This document shows, piece after piece, positions 33,411-41,446 of a DNA stretch of 54,270 nucleotides (position 1 is the first letter of the stretch; every line of letters begins with the position of its first letter). This DNA comes from an uncultured Methanosarcinales archaeon (GTDB taxonomy: Archaea > Nanobdellota > Nanobdellia > Woesearchaeales > GW2011-AR9). The notes below the pieces were generated by a model. It was not told the origin of the DNA. It made no database searches and saw only the letters and a program-made list of their open reading frames with translations. The stretch covers positions 1 to 54,270 of the forward strand of contig CAYTOG010000001.1 of NCBI GenBank assembly GCA_964439765.1, written 5' to 3'. The position numbers and the translations under genes are program-made.

Positions 33411-33459
33411 GGAAATTTAACCAGTTTAACCAATTTTAACAGTTGAGGGGGAAAAACAA

Positions 33460-35325
33460 TTATGCTCCTACTTTTTTTTCCGCAACCCCTGAAGTTGCTT
33501 CAGTTGGTTCATTTACTTTTAACTTTTCAAAGGTTTTCAGTTTGATACTAATTGGTTCACCCACCCGGTACTTTGTAACGGGCTTAGATAAAAGATCTTC
33601 CGATACGCACGCGGTGTCCAACAAACCAAGATTAGATAATTTTCCCAACCATTTACACCAGGTATTTAAAGAAACATAAGCATGTGTTGCATGAATTTGA
33701 GCTGCATGAACAGGACCATCTCTCGCAATTAAAACAATACATTGCTCTAATGCACGTTTTTCTCGATGACTTAATCCAAAGAAATTTCCTTTATCTAATA
33801 CCTTCTGTTGATATAATTTTCTAACTACTTCATAATCTTCTCCTGTTGCAATGACCCTTCCTTCTTTATCTCTTTCTCTTTGATGTTGATAAAGTGCTGC
33901 ATGGCTTTGAATCAGTGCTAAGAAACGATCAAAATCACGTTTAACTCTTTGCATGCCAACATGAAATTGTTCCCAGATCTTATTTGCATATGGTACAGAC
34001 ACTTCCACATTCTTTAAGCCTTTAAGTGCATTTCTTATTATTGCACTATACTGTTGGCTCCCACCAACACATATTTTTGCTTGAAACTCTAAAACTTTCC
34101 CGATCTGTTCGTGAGTTTCATCAACATTTACTACAATAAAACGATTAGACATTTCATCTTGCAGATCAACATTTGCTGTTGTAGTGAAAATTGTTGGTTT
34201 TCCCTTGATAGATATCTCTTGTGATTTCCCATCTTTTACACTGATTGTTCGAGATAGACCATCACTTACAAACACCTTAAATGTCTCGCTGTTCATTAAG
34301 CAATGCTGTGCATCTTCTATGTACAACAACTTACTGTCCCATGTGAATTCTTTTTTGTCAGCTCCATAATATGCTAACGCCTGAGGTGTTATCTTACTAC
34401 ACATTACTATGCGCCCCGTTAATTCAAAAAGTTTACAAACACTTTTTGTTATGTGGCTCTTCCCGCTACTGGATTGCGAACTTTTCATTATGTTAGGGTT
34501 TTGTCTTGCGTTATTAAGGAAAACTGAACATAGCGCAATTAAGTCGAATCTAACACTTCCCCCATCTCCGACTACTTTTTTACTAATTTCACTACAAAGA
34601 ATATTGAGCAAATTCTTATCTTGAAGAACACTAATGTCTACAGGTGCATGACTCTCTAATTTCTTTTCAAGGGTTTCAATATCGAACCAGGTGTCACATC
34701 CAAAACACCACCCATTATTAGACTCCTGATAAAAAGTCATACTTGGAGTGTTTTCATCATGAAAAATACACAATGCTTGGTTTTGTGAATTAATTTCTAC
34801 ACCATGTTTCTGCGCCACCAATAAAATGTCTCCAGTTGATTGTGTTACCTTGAGCTTCTTCTTACTTAATTCAATCAAATCTTCCTCAATTTTGTTAGGC
34901 ATACCTTCGTTGTGATCTGAAATTAATCTCTTTGTCTTATAATTAGTCATATTCTTTGCAAGAATTTTCCAATGAGGTGCATTCTCTTTTGCAATCATAT
35001 GTTTTCCTGTAAGAGATAAATCAACTTTATCCGGGTTTCCTGCATATTTCAATAAAAAAGATTTTTTGTATCCCATCCTTTTCTTAGGACTTAGTTCACG
35101 TAGACCAATAATATTTCTTACATGAATATGTGGACATTTTCCGTTATGATCCCAGACCTCAAAAGAATATTTTCCACCTAATTTTTTAACAGTGTCATCG
35201 GTGAATTTTAAGCCTTCTTCTCTTGTGCAATCATCGTGCTCAATCACAATTTCATCAGTAGCTATTTTCCGCAAGTATGGGCTTTTCCCAGCCCACGCTT
35301 GTTTCATCATTTCCTTAATGCTCAT
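33460..35325 (-). CDS. Fused AEP-primase / CHC2 zinc-finger / P-loop helicase replication protein
   Basis: N-terminal 'VIEHDD...GKCPHIHVRN...MIAKENAPHWKIL' is homologous to the element-1 primase. The CHC2 finger is 'CIFHDENTPSMTFYQESNNGWCFGCDTWFD'. Walker A 'SSSGKSHITKS' and Walker B 'LLYIEDAQH'. 'NRFIVVNVDETHEQ' is shared with the element-1 helicase. The first ATG is at 35325. Confidence 0.8.
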   Translation of the reverse strand: MSIKEMMKQAWAGKSPYLRKIATDEIVIEHDDCTREEGLKFTDDTVKKLGGKYSFEVWDHNGKCPHIHVRNIIGLRELSPKKRMGYKKSFLLKYAGNPDKVDLSLTGKHMIAKENAPHWKILAKNMTNYKTKRLISDHNEGMPNKIEEDLIELSKKKLKVTQSTGDILLVAQKHGVEINSQNQALCIFHDENTPSMTFYQESNNGWCFGCDTWFDIETLEKKLESHAPVDISVLQDKNLLNILCSEISKKVVGDGGSVRFDLIALCSVFLNNARQNPNIMKSSQSSSGKSHITKSVCKLFELTGRIVMCSKITPQALAYYGADKKEFTWDSKLLYIEDAQHCLMNSETFKVFVSDGLSRTISVKDGKSQEISIKGKPTIFTTTANVDLQDEMSNRFIVVNVDETHEQIGKVLEFQAKICVGGSQQYSAIIRNALKGLKNVEVSVPYANKIWEQFHVGMQRVKRDFDRFLALIQSHAALYQHQRERDKEGRVIATGEDYEVVRKLYQQKVLDKGNFFGLSHREKRALEQCIVLIARDGPVHAAQIHATHAYVSLNTWCKWLGKLSNLGLLDTACVSEDLLSKPVTKYRVGEPISIKLKTFEKLKVNEPTEATSGVAEKKVGA

Positions 35326-35380
35326 TTTCAAACCCCTTTAGTTTCTCTTCTATTGCACGACGAAGTAAGTATTTTGTTAA

Positions 35381-35527
35381 TTCAGTTATCTCTGCCATCT
35401 TTTTCACCAATATATTTTCTAAGAGCAACTCTGCACAACTGAGACACGTTTCGCTCCTCTCGTATGCAACGTTGCAATATTTCATCCCGCATTTTTTCAG
35501 GCACTTTTACACAGATTGTTGTTTCCA
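35381..35527 (-). CDS. CopG-like ribbon-helix-helix regulator (48 aa, not in ORF track)
   Basis: Manual translation gives METTICVKVPEKMRDEILQRCIREERNVSQLCRVALRKYIGEKDGRDN*. It lies directly upstream of the primase-helicase gene and next to a 16-bp palindrome. Confidence 0.55.
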
Positions 35528-35575
35528 TGCAAACATAAATAGTAAGACCCAGTCATAAAGGGTTTTTCAAAACAT

Positions 35576-35591
35576 CTTTCCCCTAGGGGAA
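35576..35591. promoter_or_regulatory. Perfect 16-bp palindrome TTTCCCCTAGGGGAAA in the divergent control region of element 2
   Basis: Lies between RHH (35527, minus) and 35625 (plus). The related TTCCCCAGGGG occurs at 23886-23896, upstream of the integrase gene. Confidence 0.5.
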
Positions 35592-35624
35592 ATCATTATA
35601 TATTATTAAGAAATACTCAGTAAT

Positions 35625-36080
35625 ATGTGGAAATACAGAAGTGTTGTAAAGCTACGATATCCAGAGGGTAAGAAAGATGAAAGCAAGGCAGAATACTCTG
35701 TTACTGTTCCAAAGAAAGCGCTGAAGCAGCTAGATTGGAATGTTAAGAATATGAGGGGACAAAAATCCATTCGTTGCATAGTCGACCACAATAACAGGAT
35801 TATCTTGAATCCAATTCGTGAATTCAACTTTATAGAAGAAGCCGCAAAAAGTATGCAAAGAAGATCTAGATTCTTCAAACACTTAGTCAAAGTTGACAAA
35901 GGCAGTATGCGTTATGCTCATGCTAAGGAAGAGTGGAAGAAGAAGCAATTAGATTCATTGAAAGTGGAAGAAGGGGAGTTAATCAGAGAAATCAAGGTTC
36001 AACAGAAATATTTGAGAACACTAAGATCAGTTATCAAAAAGAAACAACAGGAGGCAAAGAAACACTCAGAAGAAGAGTAG
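35625..36080 (+). CDS. Hypothetical DNA-binding-like protein with Lys-rich coiled-coil (counterpart of 11090..11911)
   Basis: 'YSVTVPKKALKQLDWNVKNMRGQKSIRCIVDHNNRIILNPI' fits an AbrB/SpoVT-like pattern. It occupies the same position (last gene before the right att) as its counterpart in element 1. Confidence 0.5.
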   Translation: MWKYRSVVKLRYPEGKKDESKAEYSVTVPKKALKQLDWNVKNMRGQKSIRCIVDHNNRIILNPIREFNFIEEAAKSMQRRSRFFKHLVKVDKGSMRYAHAKEEWKKKQLDSLKVEEGELIREIKVQQKYLRTLRSVIKKKQQEAKKHSEEE

Positions 36081-36096
36081 CTCTTAAAAAAGGGAC

Positions 36097-36121
36097 AAAA
36101 GAGAAAGTAGCCCCGCGCGGA
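36097..36121. repeat. attR core overlapping the 3' end of tRNA-Gln
   Basis: Identical to 23827-23851. Confidence 0.85.
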
Positions 36122-36180
36122 TTCGAACCGCGGTCAACGCCTCCAAAGGGCGCTATGATAGTCCACTACACTACGGGGCT
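36108..36180 (-). tRNA. tRNA-Gln(UUG)
   Basis: The minus strand reads AGCCCCG-TA-GTGTAGTGGACTATCAT-A-GCGCC-CTTTGGA-GGCGT-TGAC-CGCGG-TTCGAAT-CCGCG-CGGGGCT-A, a cloverleaf with anticodon TTG. No CCA is encoded. Confidence 0.9.
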
Positions 36181-36289
36181 GTAATAATGCTTTGCCTTAT
36201 TTTGCTTTATAAAAGTTTTGGGGTTTAACCACTAGTCACAGGTCAGACACAGGTGAATTTTAAGAATCTGAAGAACCAAGTATTATTTC

Positions 36290-36517
36290 ATGCCAGCCTA
36301 CATCTTCCTATGCAATAAATGCTCTCTTTGGGGTACTGGAGAAACTAGTGATTTGAAAAAATACAGCTATCAATGCTACAGATGTCATAGAAAAGAAAAA
36401 ATTGTTCTCAAACAATTAGGCACACAAGTTAGATACAAGGGGCCACTTAGTGCTCAATATGCTGTGAGGCTAGTTCAAGAAGTTAATAGAGAAATTCAAA
36501 TGAAATTTGAAGGGTAA
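36290..36517 (+). CDS. Small zinc-ribbon protein (DUF1922-like)
   Basis: The two Cys pairs CNKC...CYRC, followed by a helical tail, fit the archaeal small Zn-ribbon pattern. Confidence 0.5.
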   Translation: MPAYIFLCNKCSLWGTGETSDLKKYSYQCYRCHRKEKIVLKQLGTQVRYKGPLSAQYAVRLVQEVNREIQMKFEG

Positions 36518-36542
36518 GAAAAAAAGAAAAGAAAAAATAAAT

Positions 36543-36995
36543 TTATTCCAGATACATCTTAAGACGTTTTCTATCAAGTTTCCAATCCTTTGCAAGACGT
36601 CCACTTTCTTTGTAATATTTCTCCAGTCTCCGGATTTTGGAATCTGTTAATAATCTTCCACGCTTTGCAGTCTGATCGTGTTTGTTCCTTTCCATATGTG
36701 TTTGGATTGCAACAAGACGTTTAATCAAATCCATCATATCTTCAGGAATTTCTTTTTGCATGCCAGCAGTATCAAGGTGTTCACCTAATTTCTTTCCAGT
36801 AATTGCTCTAACTGATGCAATACCATAAGTATCTCGTAAAATCATTCCGATTTCACTTGTACTTTTCCCTTGTTTACGATACTTCTGTGCTAGCTTACTG
36901 ATTTCTTCTGCGCTATAACTTGTCCATGCAGGTTTGTCGCCATGAGGCCTTCTTGAACCTGCTTTTCCTTTCTTTCTACTATGCATTCGTGCCAT
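36543..36995 (-). CDS. rps15: 30S ribosomal protein S15 (uS15, archaeal/eukaryotic S13e type)
   Basis: 'MARMHSRKKGKAGSRRP...PAW' is the characteristic archaeal uS15 N-terminus; size is 150 aa. Confidence 0.92.
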   Translation of the reverse strand: MARMHSRKKGKAGSRRPHGDKPAWTSYSAEEISKLAQKYRKQGKSTSEIGMILRDTYGIASVRAITGKKLGEHLDTAGMQKEIPEDMMDLIKRLVAIQTHMERNKHDQTAKRGRLLTDSKIRRLEKYYKESGRLAKDWKLDRKRLKMYLE

Positions 36996-37144
36996 TATTT
37001 ATTCACCATATGTTTTTTTCAAGATGAGAAAAGTAGAAATTGATCTATCTTATCTCCAGTATAGCCAAGCCGAAACCCTGCTACCTCTTGATATTATGCT
37101 CAAGGCACGGTTTCTTTATAAATTATTGGGATGGAATTAGTATA

Positions 37145-37738
37145 ATGATATTTCCTTATCCACTATACGATATTCACATTATTCTTGATTCACTCGATTC
37201 TGAAAGATTACATGGATTACTTGCCCCTCTTGGATTTTCAGAACAAAAGCTTCTTGGCATTTTTCCTTGTTTACAATCACAAAATAAAGATCTTGGAAGT
37301 CTTATTTTTCACGAAACACCATCAGAACTTCTCACCCCCACAAAAAGAGCATTACTTGAAGCTAGATATGGCATATTGGCACCTGAAACTCATTTAGAAT
37401 ATGGTTCTTGCAGACTCTACCCTGAGGAAATCGCCACTGTGGGGGCAGTTGTTAGATGTTTGTTTGATGCAAAAGAATCTTATGTTATTGGAATCACACA
37501 AGAATCTATCTTCGATGATTCCGTAGATGTTGGTATGGTCATTATGGGAGGGAATCCTTCCACAGGAGAATATTTTGAAGCCACAAATAAATTGCCACTG
37601 TTATGTTCTGCTCTTCGATCTGCAATTGGTTCTAACGAAAGAAATTTCTTAGAAGCCCCAGGAACCTACGCCCTTGTTTCACAAGAAAGAATTGAACAAG
37701 CTCATGATTCTTCTGTTCAAAGATTGTATTTACAGTAA
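37145..37738 (+). CDS. Hypothetical protein
   Basis: ORF taken from the first ATG (the tracked start is non-ATG, 105 nt upstream). No motif recognised. Confidence 0.45.
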   Translation: MIFPYPLYDIHIILDSLDSERLHGLLAPLGFSEQKLLGIFPCLQSQNKDLGSLIFHETPSELLTPTKRALLEARYGILAPETHLEYGSCRLYPEEIATVGAVVRCLFDAKESYVIGITQESIFDDSVDVGMVIMGGNPSTGEYFEATNKLPLLCSALRSAIGSNERNFLEAPGTYALVSQERIEQAHDSSVQRLYLQ

Positions 37739-37749
37739 GGATTTAGAAA

Positions 37750-38181
37750 TTAAATATCTAACAGTACTTGACAACTCCAGCCACCCTTTACTTCTTTTAC
37801 TTCGAAAAGATGAAGAGTAATTGCTTTGACATCAAGTTTACGATCATGTTTGCCTTCTTTGGTTATTTCGCCCTTAGCTATTCCAGATACCTTCCATTTG
37901 CCAGACTCCATTTGTTCAACTTTAAGATCAAAATCTGAAAAGAAAAGAAGTTCAGAATCTTTGTACATCAAAAGTTCGTCAAGAAAATCAAATAAAAGAT
38001 ATTCAATTGTATTTGCTTCAACACTAATTTCTCTTGTTTCTTTTTTGTCTACTGTTTCAAGATCAGTCATTGTTGCAAATGTTGCAATACCTGCTTGCCT
38101 AAATAATTCAGATAGAGTTTCTGCCTCTGCTCTGAATAAGACATCTGCAGTATGATCTAAAAACCAATATTTGTTTTCCAT
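37750..38181 (-). CDS. Archease (RtcB tRNA-ligase activator family)
   Basis: 'FLDHTADVLFRAEAETLSELF' plus the C-terminal 'VKAITLHLFEVKE' match archease signatures; size is 143 aa. Confidence 0.88.
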   Translation of the reverse strand: MENKYWFLDHTADVLFRAEAETLSELFRQAGIATFATMTDLETVDKKETREISVEANTIEYLLFDFLDELLMYKDSELLFFSDFDLKVEQMESGKWKVSGIAKGEITKEGKHDRKLDVKAITLHLFEVKEVKGGWSCQVLLDI

Positions 38182-38199
38182 TTATTTTTCCTTTTTTGA

Positions 38200-40782
38200 T
38201 TATTTGTTTGCACTCGCTTTCTCTACAAACTCTTTTATCTCTTTTTGAAATCTTTCTATTGTCTTTGGTACATACTCTGCTTGCACTCTAAAAATTACTG
38301 CAACTAGTTCTAAAATCTCAGTATCACACCCATTACAAACTTCTGGTTTTTCTACAATTAATTCTCCAGTGAATGCCTTGCCTTTTTTTACAGCCTTTCT
38401 CCCTTTCTTCCACAGAGCAAAAAGTGCGCTACAATAACTTGGTAACTCTGCTACAGAACAACTAAGTAATTTTGCTGCATCTTTAGTTATTTGAGCTCCA
38501 CCTTCTAACTTTTGTTTCGCTGCATCCCCTGCCAAATATTGTATCCTTACAACACCATCACTAATCTTACTGGAATTTATTATGATTATTTTCTCTGCTT
38601 CAAAAGTATTATTCAAATGGGTTCCACCGCACGCTTCAATATCTACGCCAACAATATCTACCATCCGCAAAGTTTTTCCAGGAGCCACCCCCCCTTGATA
38701 AATTCTAACACCAAATTTTTGTTCAGCTTCTGTTCTTGGCATGAAAAATTTCTCAACTATAATTCCTTCTTTGATTATTTTATTCGCTTCAGTTTCTATT
38801 TCCTCTTCTTCCTTTTTTGTTAACGCTTGGAAGTGAGTTATATCTAAATGAGCAGAGTTTACTTTCTTGTGTGCACCTGCTTGATTAATATGATTACCAA
38901 GAACACGTCTTGCTGCTGCATTTACTATGTGCGCTGCAGTGTGATGTTGCGCTAATTGTTTTCTTCTTGCTATGTCTATTTGGCATTCGACCATACCACC
39001 TTCTTTGAAAGTTGCTTCATTTTTTAGAATGTGCACAATATGTTTTCCAATTCGGTGTAAACTTTCAATATTTATTCCACTAATTGTTCCATTATCATGT
39101 TCTTGTCCACCTGATGTGGGGTAGAAATAACTCTTATCCAATATTACTTTTTTTCCTTCAACAAAAAGAACTTTTGCAGTGAATTTTGGAATGTTCCAGT
39201 CATTATAGTATAATATTTCTGTCTCTTTTATTGCACTTAGGGTTTGTTCATCTAAAATCTTCTCTTTTTCTTGAATGGTATTTTTCTTCTGTGCTCTTTT
39301 TTCTTGCAACTCTGCTACAAGCATGTAAAAATTTTCAGGGACATTTACCTTATGATTATTCTTTACTGCATACTCTTTCACCAGTTCTGGTGTAACACCA
39401 TTACTATCATAAAGTTCTATTAATTTGTCTGTAGTCATTTCTTTGAAAGAAATGTTTTCAAGGATTGATGCTGCATTCTTCTTTGATTCAGTGTATTTTC
39501 TGTTCTCTACTTTCAACAGTTTAACAACATCTTCAATATTTTCTAAAAGTTCTGGAAATAATCCTTTGAGTTCCTCTGCATGCCATCTTGCTATTTCTTC
39601 TAACCTAATATCCCATTTAAATTTGTCAATGAATGATAAAGAACGTCTTAGAATTACTCTGAGATTATAACCACCACCACTGTTACTTGGAAGCTGACCA
39701 TCGGCAAGTGCTACAAGCAATGCCCTTGTATGTTCAGTGATTGCATATGCAGCAACCATTGGCATAATTTGGATTTTCAGTTTGTTTCCATTTTCTATTC
39801 CTATTTTTTTTGCAACATTATCCCATGCTATAGCGATATCTTCTACTTCATCAACGTTAAGGTTTCCAGCATATACACTAAATTTACTAAAAAGGTCAAT
39901 ATCATAATCAATGTTGATTCTCTCTCTTACTTTTCCGAGTGTTATTGGAAAAATTGCCTCATACATATTTGCTGTACCTTGGCTGAACCATGTGATCCTC
40001 TCCATCCCAAGGCCCATATCCAAAACTTTTTGACTAAGTTCTTTTGTTTCTCCATTTGGCAATTGCTCATACATCATATACACTTGATTAAATAATTCTA
40101 AACCTGCTGCGAAAAATTCCATACATGGACCAAAATTTCCCCCACCAGCCCAAGCATCTTCATGAAGTACAAGTTCATTTTTGTCTAAACCTAATGTTTC
40201 AATTAAAAAATCATAAATGTCTTTGAATGCTTTTTCTTGATCCCACTCTTCTGGCTTTACAAACTGGTGCTGACCAATCATTACAAAACCAGTACAATGA
40301 GATCCAGTAATTCCTACATTATCAATATCAACAAACCTCAAACAAAATTGAGGGATTACTAAACGTTTTGCCGGAGGTTCTACAACCCCTGCTATCACAA
40401 ATGGTTGAAATGCTGCAATACTTGCTATTGTAAAATCTATTGTTGGATTCCATCTGGCAACAACAGGATAACGTTTTATTGCCTTGTAATTTCGCTTTTC
40501 AAAATGTCCTTTGAATGAATTCCACACATCAATGTATGAGAGTTTTTTACTACATAGAGTATTTCCTGCTACACTGAAAGTTCCAACACAACCATTATCT
40601 CCACAAATGATTCTCTTTTTATCAGTTGACCAAAAGAATAAATTACATTTAATACAATTAGATCTATGAAAACCTTCACTCCTTAGAACACTAGTTGCAT
40701 AGTACTCATCTGGATTTTTTGAAGCTTTTGCTTTTAATTCCTTTTTTAGCTCCTTATCTGTTTTCATTACTGGTATATTCAC
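38200..40782 (-). CDS. alaS: Alanyl-tRNA synthetase (archaeal type)
   Basis: 860 aa. The editing-domain motifs 'HHTAAHIVNAAARRVLG' and 'CGGTHL' are present, with class II catalytic-core similarity throughout. Confidence 0.95.
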   Translation of the reverse strand: MNIPVMKTDKELKKELKAKASKNPDEYYATSVLRSEGFHRSNCIKCNLFFWSTDKKRIICGDNGCVGTFSVAGNTLCSKKLSYIDVWNSFKGHFEKRNYKAIKRYPVVARWNPTIDFTIASIAAFQPFVIAGVVEPPAKRLVIPQFCLRFVDIDNVGITGSHCTGFVMIGQHQFVKPEEWDQEKAFKDIYDFLIETLGLDKNELVLHEDAWAGGGNFGPCMEFFAAGLELFNQVYMMYEQLPNGETKELSQKVLDMGLGMERITWFSQGTANMYEAIFPITLGKVRERINIDYDIDLFSKFSVYAGNLNVDEVEDIAIAWDNVAKKIGIENGNKLKIQIMPMVAAYAITEHTRALLVALADGQLPSNSGGGYNLRVILRRSLSFIDKFKWDIRLEEIARWHAEELKGLFPELLENIEDVVKLLKVENRKYTESKKNAASILENISFKEMTTDKLIELYDSNGVTPELVKEYAVKNNHKVNVPENFYMLVAELQEKRAQKKNTIQEKEKILDEQTLSAIKETEILYYNDWNIPKFTAKVLFVEGKKVILDKSYFYPTSGGQEHDNGTISGINIESLHRIGKHIVHILKNEATFKEGGMVECQIDIARRKQLAQHHTAAHIVNAAARRVLGNHINQAGAHKKVNSAHLDITHFQALTKKEEEEIETEANKIIKEGIIVEKFFMPRTEAEQKFGVRIYQGGVAPGKTLRMVDIVGVDIEACGGTHLNNTFEAEKIIIINSSKISDGVVRIQYLAGDAAKQKLEGGAQITKDAAKLLSCSVAELPSYCSALFALWKKGRKAVKKGKAFTGELIVEKPEVCNGCDTEILELVAVIFRVQAEYVPKTIERFQKEIKEFVEKASANK

Positions 40783-40821
40783 CTCTATTTCTATTTATAT
40801 TCTTTGTTTATTTTAAAGTTC

Positions 40822-40968
40822 TTCAAGTCATGATAGCGCAAAGCCAGGCCGGGCCACTTTTTTCAAGTTCGCCTTGATTTTGCACTGCTTTACAGCACAA
40901 AATGCTCCTTGAAGTTCACTCCTTAATTTTTTCAGTCCGGCAATGGGCTAACGCGCCAATGACTTGAA
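40822..40968 (+). ncRNA. Candidate structured non-coding RNA (rod-like nested helices); identity unknown, strand tentative
   Basis: Nested complementary segments: 40822-30/40960-68 (9 bp), GCGC 40836-39/40953-56, AGCC 40842-45/GGCT 40946-49, GCCGGGC 40848-54/GTCCGGC 40935-41 (one G.U on the plus strand, which would be C.A on the minus strand), TTCAAG 40862-67/CTTGAA 40908-13, ATTTTG 40877-82/CAAAAT 40898-903. These are GC-rich islands in an AT-rich intergenic region. Confidence 0.4.
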
Positions 40969-41026
40969 TTGTGATAGTATTTACCTATACCAAACCCTTA
41001 AATACGTACAAACTTTCTTTTTTAAC

Positions 41027-41392
41027 ATGGCACTCTCAGACATTCCATCAGATAATTTGCCAGCTGCTGTGCAATTGCTCCTTGAAGAATTTGTAGAAAA
41101 AGTTGCACCAATCCTTGAATGGCTAAGTTGGCTCCTTGGAGGGATTTTTGGACTTTATCTTATTCTCGTTCTGGTGAGATTATATTTTGAGAGAAAAAAA
41201 GTGAAGATGCTCAAAGAACTACATGGTGATGTTGAATTTTTAAAATCACGCAGTCTTAGCGAACCTGAACTTGAGCGGCTCCGAGTGATATTAAGAGGTT
41301 ATGGTAGTGAGAAAAAACAAGTTGGAAAAAAGAAAAAACCGATTAAGAAGAGTGGAATTAGAAAGTCTCGCGGCACTCGAAAGAAAAAATAA
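41027..41392 (+). CDS. Small single-pass membrane protein with Lys/Arg-rich tail
   Basis: The first ATG is at 41027. TM segment 'WLSWLLGGIFGLYLILVLV', basic C-terminus. Confidence 0.45.
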   Translation: MALSDIPSDNLPAAVQLLLEEFVEKVAPILEWLSWLLGGIFGLYLILVLVRLYFERKKVKMLKELHGDVEFLKSRSLSEPELERLRVILRGYGSEKKQVGKKKKPIKKSGIRKSRGTRKKK

Positions 41393-41446
41393 TTAACTAT
41401 ATTCTTAACCACAACTCTTTTATACAATTTCTGAACTAGTATTACT

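Larger units (their letters stand above)
23827..36121. mobile_element. Integrated element 2 (~12.3 kb) inserted in the 3' end of tRNA-Gln(UUG)
   Basis: An exact 25-nt direct repeat 'aaaagagaaagtagccccgcgcgga' lies at 23827-23851 and 36097-36121. The right copy forms the 3' end of an intact tRNA-Gln. An integrase gene is adjacent to the left repeat, and primase-helicase, RHH and accessory genes lie between the repeats. Confidence 0.85.

Noticed and set aside
35933-36184. 83-aa ORF overlapping tRNA-Gln
   Set aside because: It runs antisense through the well-formed tRNA-Gln(UUG) gene and the att core. The out-of-frame overlap with the 35625-36080 gene also argues against it.
40841-40856. SRP RNA: the string GCCAGGCC resembles part of the conserved helix-5/8 region of archaeal SRP RNA
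   Set aside because: There is no GGAA/GNAR tetraloop and no 'AGCA' symmetric-loop motif. The element is half the length of an archaeal SRP RNA. The 8-mer match is probably chance, so the locus is kept only as a generic structured-RNA candidate.
40695-40877. 60-aa plus ORF, and the tracked 40964 start of the next gene
   Set aside because: The first overlaps the alaS 5' end antisense and the structured intergenic element. The second begins with a non-ATG codon inside that element, and the first ATG (41027), which has a TATA-like box upstream, is preferred.
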